A stretch of 64,000 nucleotides of DNA from Microthyrium microscopicum (Eukaryota), in assembly GCA_010405405.1 (NCBI GenBank), contig MU004236.1, positions 998,070 to 1,062,069 of the forward strand, given 5' to 3'. Shown piece after piece: positions 36,261 to 49,202 of this stretch (the stretch's first letter is position 1; every line of letters begins with the position of its first letter). A program made the translations under genes and the position numbers. The notes below the pieces were generated by a model. It did not search any database, was not told the DNA's origin, and saw only the letters and a list, made by a program, of their open reading frames with translations.

Positions 36261-38253
36261 CTACCACGAGAAACTCTCCTCTTCAAAGTCGATGTTGACC
36301 TTGCCCATCCAGCTGCGACAGGCACGTCGAATATCATCAGAGACTGCACCACCGCCGCAAACAGATACTCCGATCGCGCCAATAGCTTGAGCCACCTCTT
36401 GGTCGACTATTGCTTGCCAATTTGGCTTTCCGGGAAACATCTGCACGCTCGACGATGGCGAATAAATCTCCTTAGTATTCTTCGGCCTCGTTACAAACAG
36501 CATGATCTTGAGCACTTCGCGACGTCCGGGAAGGCTGAGTATGGTAGTCATCCATTCGCGGATCCATTCGAGATGTTCGGGAGATTGAATCACCCAGACG
36601 AGGACGACTTTGCGTGCGGCGCAGGTACCCTGGCTGTAGCCACGGACAAGGTCGCGAACATGAGGTACTTGATGCGTGATGCCGATACCTGCTGCGAATA
36701 GAAGAACTGTACCATAAGAGTGCAGCTTTTGCTCGTTATAAGGTCCTTCTGCATAGGCCTTGGTTGTAAACACTCCTCCTGGAGCCGCCACGGCCTTGTG
36801 CCATAATTTCTCTGTGAATCCGGTTCTCCGGCGAATTACAAAATAGATGTTGTCATGTCTACGTTCGATGATATCCAGCTTGGTGGATGGAAGAGAGTCT
36901 TTATCTGACATCGTGTCTTCTTCATCTTCGTCGCTCCAAGCCACCGAAAAGGGATGAGACTGCCACCATCCGACTCGTGGCAGGTAGATGTAAGCGTGTT
37001 GGCCTGGTGAGAAGGTCCATGGTCTGGCAAGTCTCATTTTGATTCTGACTGCATCACCAGGCAGAGCGGTAATTTCGGCCGTGGTGCCTCCATTCCCGGT
37101 ATTGTGGTAGATGATTCGTATCATACGAAAACCTCGCTATTGGTTGTTAGTTCCACCAAAATGATAATTCATGTCAGTCATGCTTACCTCAATACACCAA
37201 ATAGCAATAATGCCCTTCAAAAGCATTCTCTGTCTCACATACCCGTCCATGTGCATCCAAGTGCCGGCGAGAACAGTGACGGCGAGAAGAATGTGGATAG
37301 TAAGGAAAGTTTCGTAGAACGCATGGCGTACTGGTGATGCTGCTAGAATAAAGATCAAGGTCGCAGCGCTCGCAGCCTATGATTTTGTAAGTCAGAATTG
37401 GTCTAATGTGTGAAGGTGCAATTCAACTTACGACTAAACCAGATTGGTTGAAAGTACTAGTTCTGATAGCCTTGCCGAAAGCTGGGAATCCGCCTGCATC
37501 ATGCTTTTTGATAATATAGATGATGGCATGTGTTACCATCTCACCGACTGTGATGCGGCCTAGCCAGCGGTGAATCAGATTATATGTATCAAACGTTATA
37601 CCAGTCCAGTAGATGAGAGGATTGTTTCGACCAGCAAGAAGGAACAGTGGTAGCATGTTCAAGATAGCCAGAAGTCCGGTTCTCTTCATCAAATACACCT
37701 GAACCTTGGCTCGTGGTGCAGAGTAATCGATATGGAACGTCGTCAGAAGAACAGTCATTCCGATGTAGAGAACCAGAAAAAGCAGCTGCGCTCTGCTAGG
37801 AAGTGTTCCCATATCTATCGCTCTTGAAAGCCTAAACTCCCGATGGTGTCGAGTCCGGAATAATGGCGCGTCGATGAGGTGTTTTTTCAGAGAGCCGTAG
37901 AGCCAAGGGGGCTCATTGAAATATCTTTGCGTTTCGTTGTTTAAACATGCAGCAGTGCGGATATATCTGTTTATTTGCACACAGAGTACGTAAATGGCGA
38001 GGCACACAACCATCGCTACCCATGTGTACACAATAGCTCGCACCAACCGCCAGTTTTCAAGTGTGTTTGCTGGTACGACAACAGCTTTCTTAGGTGCTTT
38101 GCTCGTCTTTGCAGAACCTGCCGCCGACTTTGTGGAGTTGCCAGCGGCAATCGTCGAATTGCCGGCTCTGGTGGCATTCTGTGCCTCCACTAAGGTTTGT
38201 TGAAGTAGCAGTAGAGTCGAGAGCAGCCAAGCTGCAGATCGGGGGAGCCCCAT
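36261..38253 (-). CDS. Ferric/cupric reductase transmembrane component (FRE family); 3 exons
   Basis: Signal peptide. RTGLLAILNMLPLFLLAGRNNPLI, FDTYNLIHRWLGR, FYETFLTIH, PGQHAYIY..WQSHPFS, EGPY, LLFAAGIGIT, VCG, FEEESFSW. Confidence 0.92.
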
Positions 38254-41200
38254 AATAAGAAACGGTCCAAGAATGGCTTTGGGGAGCTGGTGGATATGCA
38301 GGAATTACTTCTCACGAACCTGTGAAGTAGCGGCGCTCGCGCCTTCTGTTGTTTCGTGGTTCAGCCGATATTGTGCGTTTGAAAATCTCCGGTCGACCAA
38401 TTACCCGTTTGGAATCTTGTCCGGTGAATCGATAGCTCAACTTTGCTCGGATCTGAAGCTGTCGAAGGGATCTTTTTCAAGATGAAGGCTATCTTTTTTT
38501 GGCGAGATACTCGAAGTGATGAAGGAGCGGTGAGGTTCGAGATGGACCAGGACACAAAATATGCCTGTTCCCGCGAAAAGTAATGATTGAATGAACTGCA
38601 GAAACGGAGATACGCTGTTAGCCGTGGAAACGCATGAAATGAAAAATCAAGATGTCGAATAGCTTGTGCGACCACAGTAAATTGGAACAAATCAAGGGCG
38701 ATTTCGAGCGGCGTGGATGAGTCTAGGCGGACGCTGACAGTGGCAGCTGAGTTGTCTTTTTCAGGCAGATTTGATCTAGCCTACGGGATTCAACGGATTT
38801 TGAAGATCCTGAACAATGGGAGGTCGGACGCGCTTGCCGCTAAGAGGTTGTTGAATGTTGAGGAGCACACCATGCTGGGAGCGAGGCTGAAGTGGAATGT
38901 AGAAACAGGAAATCCAGACTTACCGAATTGACCCAATTCAACAGGCGGTAATAGTATTAGTGAACGTCCGTATGGGAGTGACTGCAATGGAGATGTCAAA
39001 GTTTCCCTCTCAGATATATTGCATATGGAGAGGATAGCCTAACTTGCTGGATTCGCACTAGACTTTTCCGTAGTTGGTAATTAATGATAGTGTAGACCTG
39101 AGCGGCCTATTGCTGGATAAGCTTCTGTAGGTAAGGAGCGATGGAAAGATTATAACAGAGTGGTCTTGAGTCGTCGTATATTTATTATCATGTCCTTAAC
39201 AGAGAAGACTGTGCGTAGTATATTGTACATTCGGCAGATCATCCAGGGGTCAGATCCACCCAGTATGGGAGCGTATAAATCCAGGTCAATCAAACATAGT
39301 CTCGCATCTCGGATTTCAGATCCATAGCCCCACGCTGTTGGAATTTGCATAGGGAGAAGCTAATTTCTGGGCCTTGATATTGGGGGTGAGCACGTTAGAG
39401 TCGTTAGACCGGGGCGCTTTGTGGTAGTGATGGGCCATGGCCTGACAGCTTGTGCCTCACTTGGCCAGATCCTCTACAATAAAAAGGGTCCATAATTGTA
39501 CGAGTGGCAAGAATCCTCAAGCATTTGGTTAATGAACACAAAATCCTTTCGTTCTCTTCGCCGCTTCTTTACGAAGGATTGGATGAGGTCGTTTAGCGCG
39601 AGATGGAAGGCGACGAGGCCAGAGCAGGATTACGACACAACAGACAAGAGTCAACCCTGGCAATTGCAAACGCAAAACTGCAAGGGCAGAGATCTGTGCA
39701 TTATTGTGTGCCAAAGTTTACCATAGGATGACGAGTAAAGAGGACGAGAGAGGTTGGGGGATGAGTCGAGGGCTCCCTTGCAGAGGCGGAGGGTCTGTAT
39801 ACCGTTCTGAAACAAGACTTGCGAATCTGCAGTTCCGTGTTGAGTGGATCTGTTTGGAAGCGCCACCCGTTGACCCCACCGCATTTTCCATTATTGTCCA
39901 ACTACATGTTCCAACTGCTGTTCCATGCAGGTTCTACGATACAGAAAACACTCCACCAAGAAACATGGCGATGTGAGCATTACGCAGTGTTGTTGCAGCT
40001 CAAGATGAGGTAGATCCAAAGAGACCTCAGACACTGCATTCCCCAATGGAATGTACGACCATGCCGCATCATTGCCCACACCCCCGAGGAAACTCGCTTA
40101 TCAGGGTATATTAAATTCTTATTGCGAGAGCACAAGCCCAGGGCGTGAATTATCAGCCATCACCATTGCCGCAATCCCATTTTTGCTGTACGTGGTGCTT
40201 TTAAAGTTGCCACTGAAACATTTTCGACGTTTTGATCTACTACTTCGATCACAGGTGAGCCAATTACTGGCCGGTAAGACCCTGGCAGCCGTTTGCTTGT
40301 CACGATTTTTGGTCCATGGTAGCTCAAGAACACCTTGATCGTCGTTTGGACTTTCACAAGCAGTCTATGTTTTGATGCATACCTATGCAGATAGCTACGA
40401 TGCCCAATGGTAGCCAACCTGGGTAAACATATCGAATGATTACCTTCATTTCAAGTCACATATGACAAGTAGAAAAGAGCTTCTGACTGGTAAGAAGTAT
40501 TTGTATAACCATGACGGCACAAAGGAGCAGGAAATAATCAGGGACGGCCGTAGAGCCCGCAACCCTGGTATTTTAGCGAGTTGATTTTATATTGATTTGC
40601 TCCAGGGCCTGCGTTCCTGGAGAGTACCAGTAATATAGCGTGCAATATATTGACTGACTATACGGAATGGTGGAGACGTCACAGTAAAGCGGTACCAGAC
40701 CGGGGAGAACTGCCCCAGCTACACGTGTGAAGCATGAAGACTGTTTAGATCCCATCGTCAATCTCTTTGGTTGGTAGCATCAAAATGTATTGCGGGAGAA
40801 GTGGCGGATGAAGCAACTGTAGACGAACCCTTTCGTCTTTGGGAGAATGATAAATTTGCGCCACACTGCCCTACCTTATATAGAGCAAAAGTTCTCATTT
40901 TATACCGTTGATTCACGATGCAATCAGAACTCAGTTCATGATAGTAGAGTACTACATTCGCATTGACTAGCTCAAATCTTGTTGTTCACAACTGCGTAAC
41001 CTGACTCTGAGCATATTCCGTTTCGAGCCTGCTCACATATCGTACGAAACGATCTAGACACATGCTTTACGGCCTTTGTGCCATAATTCTCTGTACGACC
41101 ATCCTCATACGTTGAATAAAATCATATTCTCCTATCACAAGCTGAATGTACAGATGTATGATTGGTTCACCACAACTAAAATATCCCAAATACGCAGGTC

Positions 41201-43301
41201 ATGAGGTTTTGCCCTTACAAAGGTATTAAGGTTCGTAAGGTCAAATATATTATGATGCTGGCCATCGTACTCACCATTACAGTACCCCACAAAGAAAGGC
41301 GCAAGGGCTTCTTTATCCCTTTCCTTCACCATAGTAGCAGGGGATCAGAACATATAACCAAAAATACGTCCGACTCTCTTGCGGAGAGCTATACCACTTT
41401 TGCCTCGAAATAGGACAATAAAAAGGACTAAAATGCATAAAGATTCTTGGCTCGATTATCTAGTCATGCCCTCACCTTGAGCGCACACACAACTTGATAG
41501 TTCTATCCCGATTTACTGTCTAGAATTTGAATGGCCTCACCGATTCAGCCACTCTCACAATTACATGGATGATCTTCAACCACCTTACCACTTTACCACG
41601 CTACCAAGATATTAAAGGCCTAATCCTGGTGGCGAAAGCGAGCGTTCTAACCCCATGGCACCTACAAGGCTACAAGGTCTCCCAATTGGGACTTTTTCGA
41701 CAACTTGCTGCCAGCTTCCAGGCCATGGATCCGCACACTCGCCACTTAAAGACGGATCCTCACCTCCATATTACTTGTCAAAGCGTTAAGGTAGACTTGT
41801 TTTCGCAGGATGACATGAAAAAGCCTAAAACGTAGCAAAAACCTACAGCCATCGATCGCATCAGCCTAGCTCTCAAACTTTTGGAATTATAATTACATGA
41901 TAGCAAGAGTAGCCCCTTTTTGAACTGGTTATTTGAGGTAGGTACTCACGCATGTATTCTCATCTTACTTTGCGCGGATTCCGTGCTTTGGAAACCCGCT
42001 CATTATCAAGTGTTCCTGTGCAACGAAAGACCGGGATGGCCTACTCAAGTTCGACGGTACATGAAGTCCCCTCGTCAGACCTTTTACGAGGAGATTCCAG
42101 TTCTAAGGTGTCACGACTGTCTAATGATTGAAATTGCTTTCTTTTTCATTACATGCGGCCAAAAATAAGGCTTCTTACCTTAGGTAGGTAGATTGTTAAT
42201 TCTAAAGCGGCGCAGGAAATTGGTAAGTTGTTCTTTCACTAAGGAGTATCCTGATATCACTTCTTACCTTCCTTCTGTGGGAATATCATATATGGTCGCG
42301 AAGGGGGTTGGTTTTTTGAGTATATGGGAGGCGCAGCCAAACTTCCTTGATGTATCCGAGCACGAATGGAATCCCACTAATTAATCTTCGATATACTGAT
42401 ATCCGCAGATCCCTTTGAATTGGCTCTTAGTGTACAATTTTCTACTGCGGAGTGAAATTCTGCAGCGGCAGGAATTCGTCGTATACACTCCACGCAGCCA
42501 TATTGATAACAGTGTCATCGGCAGGTTACACGCTGGCCCAGTTGGACGCCCAGAATGATATGAGTGTCTGAAGTACTTCATGGTTCGGACGACAGGACAT
42601 ATCGCAACAGAGAGATGGCACAAGCAACTGGCTCGGGTGCTTCCTAATTATGATGGGGGATTACAAGCCAAAGGCTATCTACAGTTGATTCTTCGAAGTG
42701 ATCGTCCTGACTCAAAGGTTCCTTCTCTTTTTACCGTGAAAGATATGATGTCGAAGGTCCCTACATACCACACAAATTTAAAATTTGACTGAAAAATAGA
42801 TAAAAAAGTTCCTTTCACCTTATGTTTCGTTGATCTTATCATGCATTGTACCCAATAACCGATTTGATGAGGCGTTCGCTGGTAGTTCGTTCATACAAGG
42901 TTCTCTCAACAGCTCAAAGACTTGGTGGTGAGGTTGAGCCGTTTCCGGCAACTATGGTTCCTCAATGGCTTTGTTTCGTGAACACCGGCATTCATTGGAT
43001 CAAAACCGACCACGATGCGTTACCGGCAGCAGTATTTGACCTTCCAACCAATTAAACATTTACATTGAAATGCGAGTTGTGCATGCTTGGCTCCAAATGT
43101 AAGTTTGAGACAGCTGCACCAACGATCTTCACCAAACATCTGTACGGCATGACACAGGCGAACTGGCTGCCGGTCCGAATACGGAATTCTCTAGCCGATT
43201 TGGGGCCAGCTATAACACTTCTTCTGACTACTACACAATAATAGCGTGACTATTTGATATCCTGATTGTGACGTCGCTCACAGTATTTACTTCGCCAAAT
43301 T

Positions 43302-45051
43302 ATGACAGACCAGAACGCTGCTACACGAGATTACGACTACTTTTCCAGTGAGGACGACGACACGGAGCCTCCAGATGAGGAGGGAAAGCTTCTAAATAAA
43401 AGCTTGGAGGCCGATGGCGGAAAGAAATTCGTGAGTATATCAAAGTCAAATGTTGACCGCTTATTGACATGAAAGTAGACGCAGATAAAGAAGTCAAGCA
43501 GGTATTCTATACCTAAGATTCCCAAGTCAAGATCGGTTGTAGCTAACAGAAAGCAAAGAAGGAAGCCCAGTAACAGACCATGTAAGCTTGTGATTGAAAC
43601 TAATTGGACTTGTTATACTGACCATTGATCGCAGTTCGGAAATGGCACAGAACTGGCCGCACGAGTCGGAAAAAGAGTTCTGACAATGGACTCGCCTTTT
43701 CAATTCGCCATGTATTTTCTCGATCATGGCTCAATGTGCTACTCATATTTGTACCATTTGGCATTGCAGCCCATATGTCGGGCGTCAAGAACCGAACCAT
43801 CACCTTTGCACTGAATGCAATTGCCATCATTCCATTGACCGGGCTTTTGACATATGCTACTGAAAATGTGGCGCAGTATGTGGGTGTTGGATTGGGCTCT
43901 CTGCTCAATATCACCTTCGGTAATCTGGTTGAGCTGGTGATCTTGTAAGTCTCTGCCAATATCAGAATGAAACTACGATACTAACTTGCGGCAGGGTGTA
44001 AGTCGAACTAGTTCAAATCCCATCGCAAAACTAATCATCTTATAGCTTCATGTTGAGAGAAGGACATCTCAGAATTGTCCTAGCCTCCTTAATTGGATCT
44101 ATATTCGTCAATCTACTTTTCATTCTCGGTCTAGCAATCATGTCCGCCGGCGTAAGAGGCGCGGAGCAAGTCTACAACCAGAAAACAACCCAAACACTCA
44201 TAGTGTTCATGACAACAGGAATGCTAAGCCTGTTGATTCCTGTAAGTCAAATGTTCGAACGGATGTCTGTATCATACTGACCTAATTAGACATCACTACA
44301 CGCATGTGTCAAATCAGCCAAACTCGCTGATGCTGTCACTCTCAAATTTAGTCGTGGCCTCTCTATCACTCTCTTAATCGTATACATTATGTTCCTGAAC
44401 TTCCAAATCCGCGCCTCCGATCCGGCAGCTGAAGAGCTACCTTACACCAATGTCCCTGGCACCTCCGACGAAGAGACGGCCATTGACATCGAAATGAACC
44501 GCATATCAGCAACTCGCATCAAACCAGCACCACCATCCGCTAAAGCTGCCAACAAGCCTGAACACCAAATCAGCAAAACCCTCTCCTTGGTCGTCCTCCT
44601 CATCTCTGCTGGCATGGTGTCGTTCTGTGCAGAATTCATGGTCGATTCTATTGAGCATGTTATCGCGGACGCCCCACTCACTGAAGCTTTCCTTGGACTC
44701 ATTATACTCCCGCTCCTTGGAAACGTCGCGGAACTTGCTACAGCCGTGACCGTTGCTGTCAAGCAGAAGATGGATCTCGCTATCAACGTGACAGTTGGCT
44801 CAGCTATACAAATCTCCCTCTTTATGGCACCAACTGTTGTCCTCCTCGGCTGGGCCACAGGCCGTGACCTGTCGCTCTACTTCGACATGTTTCAAACCGT
44901 CACGCTGCTGGCGACCATGCTGATCGTGAACATCATGCTATTCACAGGTCGATGCAATTACCTAATAGGCGTGTTACTGTGCGCATGTTATGTTATGATT
45001 GGAACAGGCGCGTTTTTCTTACCAAATCAGCACGGATGGAAAGTTGTTTAG
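43302..45051 (+). CDS. Ca2+/H+ antiporter (CaCA/CAX, Vcx1-like), multi-exon
   Basis: WLNVLLIFVPFG, AIIPL..ATE..GSLLNITFGNLVELVI, ASLIGSIFVNLL, FLGLIILPLLGNVAE, KMDLAI..GSAIQISLF. The start is inferred at ATG 43302 (MTDQNAA...). Confidence 0.88.
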
Positions 45052-45104
45052 AAACATTTGCATTAGCGGCATTAGATCATAGTAACGTATTTCTTAATCA
45101 AACA

Positions 45105-45711
45105 TCATGGATACCACTGTTCCCAGTCCACGACTTTTGCTCCCTTATCACTGAGCTCTTGCTCAACTTCTCGCTCGATATCGGTAGCAGTTTTGGTTTT
45201 GCCGTTGTATGTTGAATGCGCGCCTTTCAGAATCGTTACCGCGAAGCCTGCATCTAATACGTTCTTGGATGTGCTTAGTACACAGCATTCGCTTTGAATG
45301 CCACATATTACGATGCATTTGATTCCTTGGTCTCGCAGTGTCTTTGCGAGGCTGGGATTGGATTCGAACGCGCCTCTATTTTACATTAATTGATTGCAGC
45401 ACCTATAAATGGAGAGCTCACTCTGTGTTTTTGGCAATGAGCATCTCATCTGCTTGAGGTTGGAAAACCAGCTCCCATGGTTCCGTGTCCTTGACCAGAG
45501 GGCCACTCTCAGGTTTCTCCTCGTGCTGAACAAAAGCAATCAGCCAGTCAGGCTTATGGCCATCGGCAACAGCTTGAGCATTGGCGGCGCGAGCATTGTC
45601 CAAGATCTTTGAAGCCGCATCACAGACACGTTGGGCATCTGGTATTCGAGTTTCCGGAATGGCGGCCAGATCCTTTTGAATGTCGATAACGAAGAGTGCA
45701 CAGGAAGGCAT
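45105..45711 (-). CDS. Isochorismatase/cysteine hydrolase family protein; 2 exons
   Basis: ALFVIDIQ, FVQHEE, IAKNT / AFESNPSL..L...GI..IVICGIQSECCV..T, AHSTY. The Asp-Lys-Cys triad is present. Intron ~45376-45421. Confidence 0.85.
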
Positions 45712-46418
45712 ATTGAATCCAGTGGGGTGTCTGTAGATTTCAGAAGTATGTCAGTATCAGTGCTATAGCTTAGAAACATCGCGATGGAAGGTGAGGGGCC
45801 AGCTCGCCAAGCAGGCTCCAGACACGAAAGCGGAGCGCTGTCACGAGAATTGGCATGGGTGGTCGAGATGTTGTAGGGGTCACAAAATGGTCACATAGAA
45901 AGCAGGAATGATTCAATCTTCATGCATTGCACTAGAGATCCCGCGCCAAGCCCATATTCGTATATCTTACGCATTCCCACATGACTGTCAAACTTTTCCT
46001 GCCTATGTGCCCATGGTTCAACCAGAACCGTGGTGAGCCATCCCCCATAAAATCAAAAAGAGCAAAGACACAGCCTTTGCTGGACGCCATGGTATGCCTG
46101 TTTGCCGATCGTATTCATAATGCCGTTAAAAATGCTGTTGCCGATCCCATGAATGCCGGTTTCCAATTCCTAATAATAACAAAACACAAAACTGACGCCG
46201 TGGGTTTAAAGTATTGTACAAAGAGGGTGTTGTGAGTTTCCAAGAGTATGAGTTGAGACTGATTAGCCAAGTATTCAGTAACAACTGTCGAGAGAGAGTA
46301 GCGTTGCGGACTATTGCTATTGATTGAGCGTACTGAACATATCGAGTAACGCTACATTAGCGTTGAATGACACATAGTATGTGAGAAGACAGCCGTCAAA
46401 ACTGTAAGCGGAGGGTCG

Positions 46419-48663
46419 CTAGTCTCTCTTCTTTGGCTGAGAGAGGAAAGCCAATCGTGAAGCTGAGATTCCGCCAACAGTACGTTTTGGTGTTTTTGAT
46501 GCACCGGGACGAGACTTTGGCACAAACTTCTTAACTTGCCGAGCAATGGTGGTGCTAACAATGCGAGCACGTTTGGCGGGACGCTCATCATTTGGAACTG
46601 AAGCATTTTCCTTATTTTGCTCTGGACCGTCAGAAGACATGCCGACATCATCGATGTTGCGCTTGCGTTTGTTGGGAGTGGGCGAGACCTCCTCGGTGGG
46701 TGGCACAGCGCGAATTGTACTAGTAAGAGGAGAAGCGAATTTGATAGGACTACCGGCGCGGAATGTAAAGTCGCCAGTAGTGGTGGGGATAGCCATGGTG
46801 CCACGTCGAAGAGGTTGACGAGGCTCTGATGCTGGAATGATGGGATAAATGACCTCAGGCTCCTCGGATTGAGCCTTGGCTTCATCACGACTCGCCTTTA
46901 TGAGGGCGCTTGCTGAAAATACAACATGTTTCTGTACTGGCACAGTTGCCGGTGCATCTCGAGTAAGATGTAGTAGTTTCGGTGGTGTAGCAAGATGTGT
47001 ACCAGCAGCGATTTTTCCAGGGTCGTTGGAATACAGACGCTGAGGTGTTCGAAGAATCGATTTGATCTTCGAAAATGTCGAGTTCGGCATTGGAGACTGT
47101 AGTGCTGGAGGAGGTGGAGCTGGATCTGAATCTAGCTTCTGAGGCTTTGCGTGTTCAGGAGCTTTGACATGTGTAGGCTTGGAGCTGGGAATTTGAGGCG
47201 TATGAGGAGTTTGAGGCGGTGGCATGATTCTAACGGATTTAGAAGAAACCAAAGATTGTGTCGATGGGGATTTCATCAGCCCAAATCTACCCTGGACGTG
47301 TGAGGGAGGAGGCGGCACAACTTTGACTTCTTGAGTTGGAACTCGATGTGAAGGTCGAGGGGCGGTCGAGACAGTCGCAGTGCCATTGCGTGTCAGATTG
47401 CGAGCCGGAGTAGCAACCCAGGATGATGTTGACTTCATACGAGGTAGAGATGAAGGAATTCTCGATCCATGGAGGTTGGCCGCGCTCTTGGAACGAGCCA
47501 GCGAAGATTTAGTTGGCGTAAGGAGATTAGAGCGAAGCATTCCCACTGGTCCAGCAGGCTTTGCTTTGATGTGGACTTCACTCTTGTCGATTGGTCGACG
47601 CGAGCCAGCGTCATCGCCCATAGTCTTCTTCAAGCGCTTTGCGAAGTTTCCAGACGCACGACGCTCATCAGTATTAGGTGACGATGATTGGCTTGTAAAC
47701 GGACTATTGAGATCGACCTTTGAGCGAGTTCGCTTCAGAGGGCTTAGTCGAAGATTCTGCGGATTATTCTGTTTTCGAGAATCTCCTGGAGAGAACATAG
47801 CCTTCTCGAGTGCGGTCTGCTTAGGACCAGCCTGCTTGACACGCCATGCAGATGCATGGTCAGCGATAGAAGCCATCTTCTGAAACGAGCTGCTATGCGC
47901 ATCACTGAAGCGACCTTTTGGCTTTGCGATCTTGCGGCCGAGGGCACTAGGATAGAGACCAGAATTTTGGGCCTGTTGCTGTTGTTCAGCCTCAGCAGCC
48001 AGCTGAGCACGAATACGTGATGCTTCTACGCGAGTCTTTTCCATAACTTTCTTGGCTTCTTCGCTAAGTCCAAGAGATGATTCGCGATTGAAGGTAAATG
48101 CAAACTCGGGAGCTTTATCCGATCCCTTAGATGCGGAAACACTACCCGAAACCTTGACTGGTGTAGGAGAACCGGGGTTCAGGTTGTGGATGTTATGGCC
48201 GATTTTGCTTGGCTCAGTTCGAGGTTGCTTATTGAAGAATCCGAGCCAACGCGCTTCGTCATATGGAGTGATGGATGAGCGCTTGTGGCGCTGTGGGTGC
48301 ATCTCGCTTGATTCTGGCTTCATAGGCGAGCTCTGTTGAGGGGTGCGCTGATCAAAGTCGCCTTGATTCATTTTGGAGATGACATCAACGCCGTGATCAA
48401 CTGGAGCGACAAGAGAAGTCGAAGAGGTTGTAGCATGTGCGTTGTAGAATGAGATCGCGGAGGTGGCAGGAATTTGCAGAGGTGTTTTCTTCAATCTTGC
48501 GTATACATTGGCAGATGGTGAAGCTGGAACACTAGAGGCACCGGTAGACTTGGTCTCAGATGCCTATAAACATTGTTAGACGACCCCACATGATGCGCAT
48601 GAACAAGATATATACCTTGGGTGTGTTCTTGTTGGACTTGGATTGACGGCGCGTAAAAACCAT
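46419..48663 (-). CDS. Conserved fungal basic Ser/Pro/Lys-rich protein with NuSAP-like helix; probable microtubule-associated protein; 2 exons (48663-48616, 48563-46419)
   Basis: Long ORF plus a short first exon MVFTRRQSKSNKNTPK. Motifs RKIAKPKGRFSDAHSSSFQKMASIADH, KSILRTP and C-terminal ISASRLAFLSQPKKR. Confidence 0.75.
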
Positions 48664-48911
48664 CTTGACGGTCTCCGAGGGAGACGGAGACGCAGACCGC
48701 AAGCGCGAGAGCGAGAGCAAAGACAGAATCCAGACTGAAGGGTGTAGATTCTGTAGAATGAGGGGAACGGTAGTGGAGAGGAATGATGTGGGTGAGTTTA
48801 ATTTAGAACTGCTGGAGAGCTAGAAGAGGAGCCAATGGGAAGAAGAAGTGAAGGGTCAACGGTTTGTCGAGGGAGTTGAAGAGGCTCAAAATAATGGTGG
48901 GGACGGCAAAG

Positions 48912-48920
48912 GTAAACAAA
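48912..48920. promoter_or_regulatory. Forkhead-type binding site in the divergent promoter
   Basis: GTAAACAAA matches the Fkh consensus. It lies between the divergent ATGs at 48663 and 49203. Confidence 0.35.
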
Positions 48921-49202
48921 CACAAAGCCTAGAAGAGCTTAGCTTGCCTGCCGCAGTGGGGAAGCACGTGGCAGGGATCATTCGGCAAGAGTCACTTCGA
49001 AAAGTCGGGCCGATAACGAGCTAAAACCGGCAAGCAGGGATGACGCGCTTCTGCCGCCTGGCCTTGCACCTTCCATCTTTAGCTTCGAGGCAATACGAAA
49101 AACGATCTGGCATTATCTTGGTGATAGAGTCTTGGTCTCCAACTTCTTGACCATCTCTCCTCTTCTCCATTTCCGCCTTCTTCGCTTCTTCACCCTGCCA
49201 TC

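Noticed and set aside
38442..38449. TTTGCTCG, a Mac1/CuRE-like site upstream of the ferric reductase
   Set aside because: A single short match, probably within the 5' UTR, and expected by chance.
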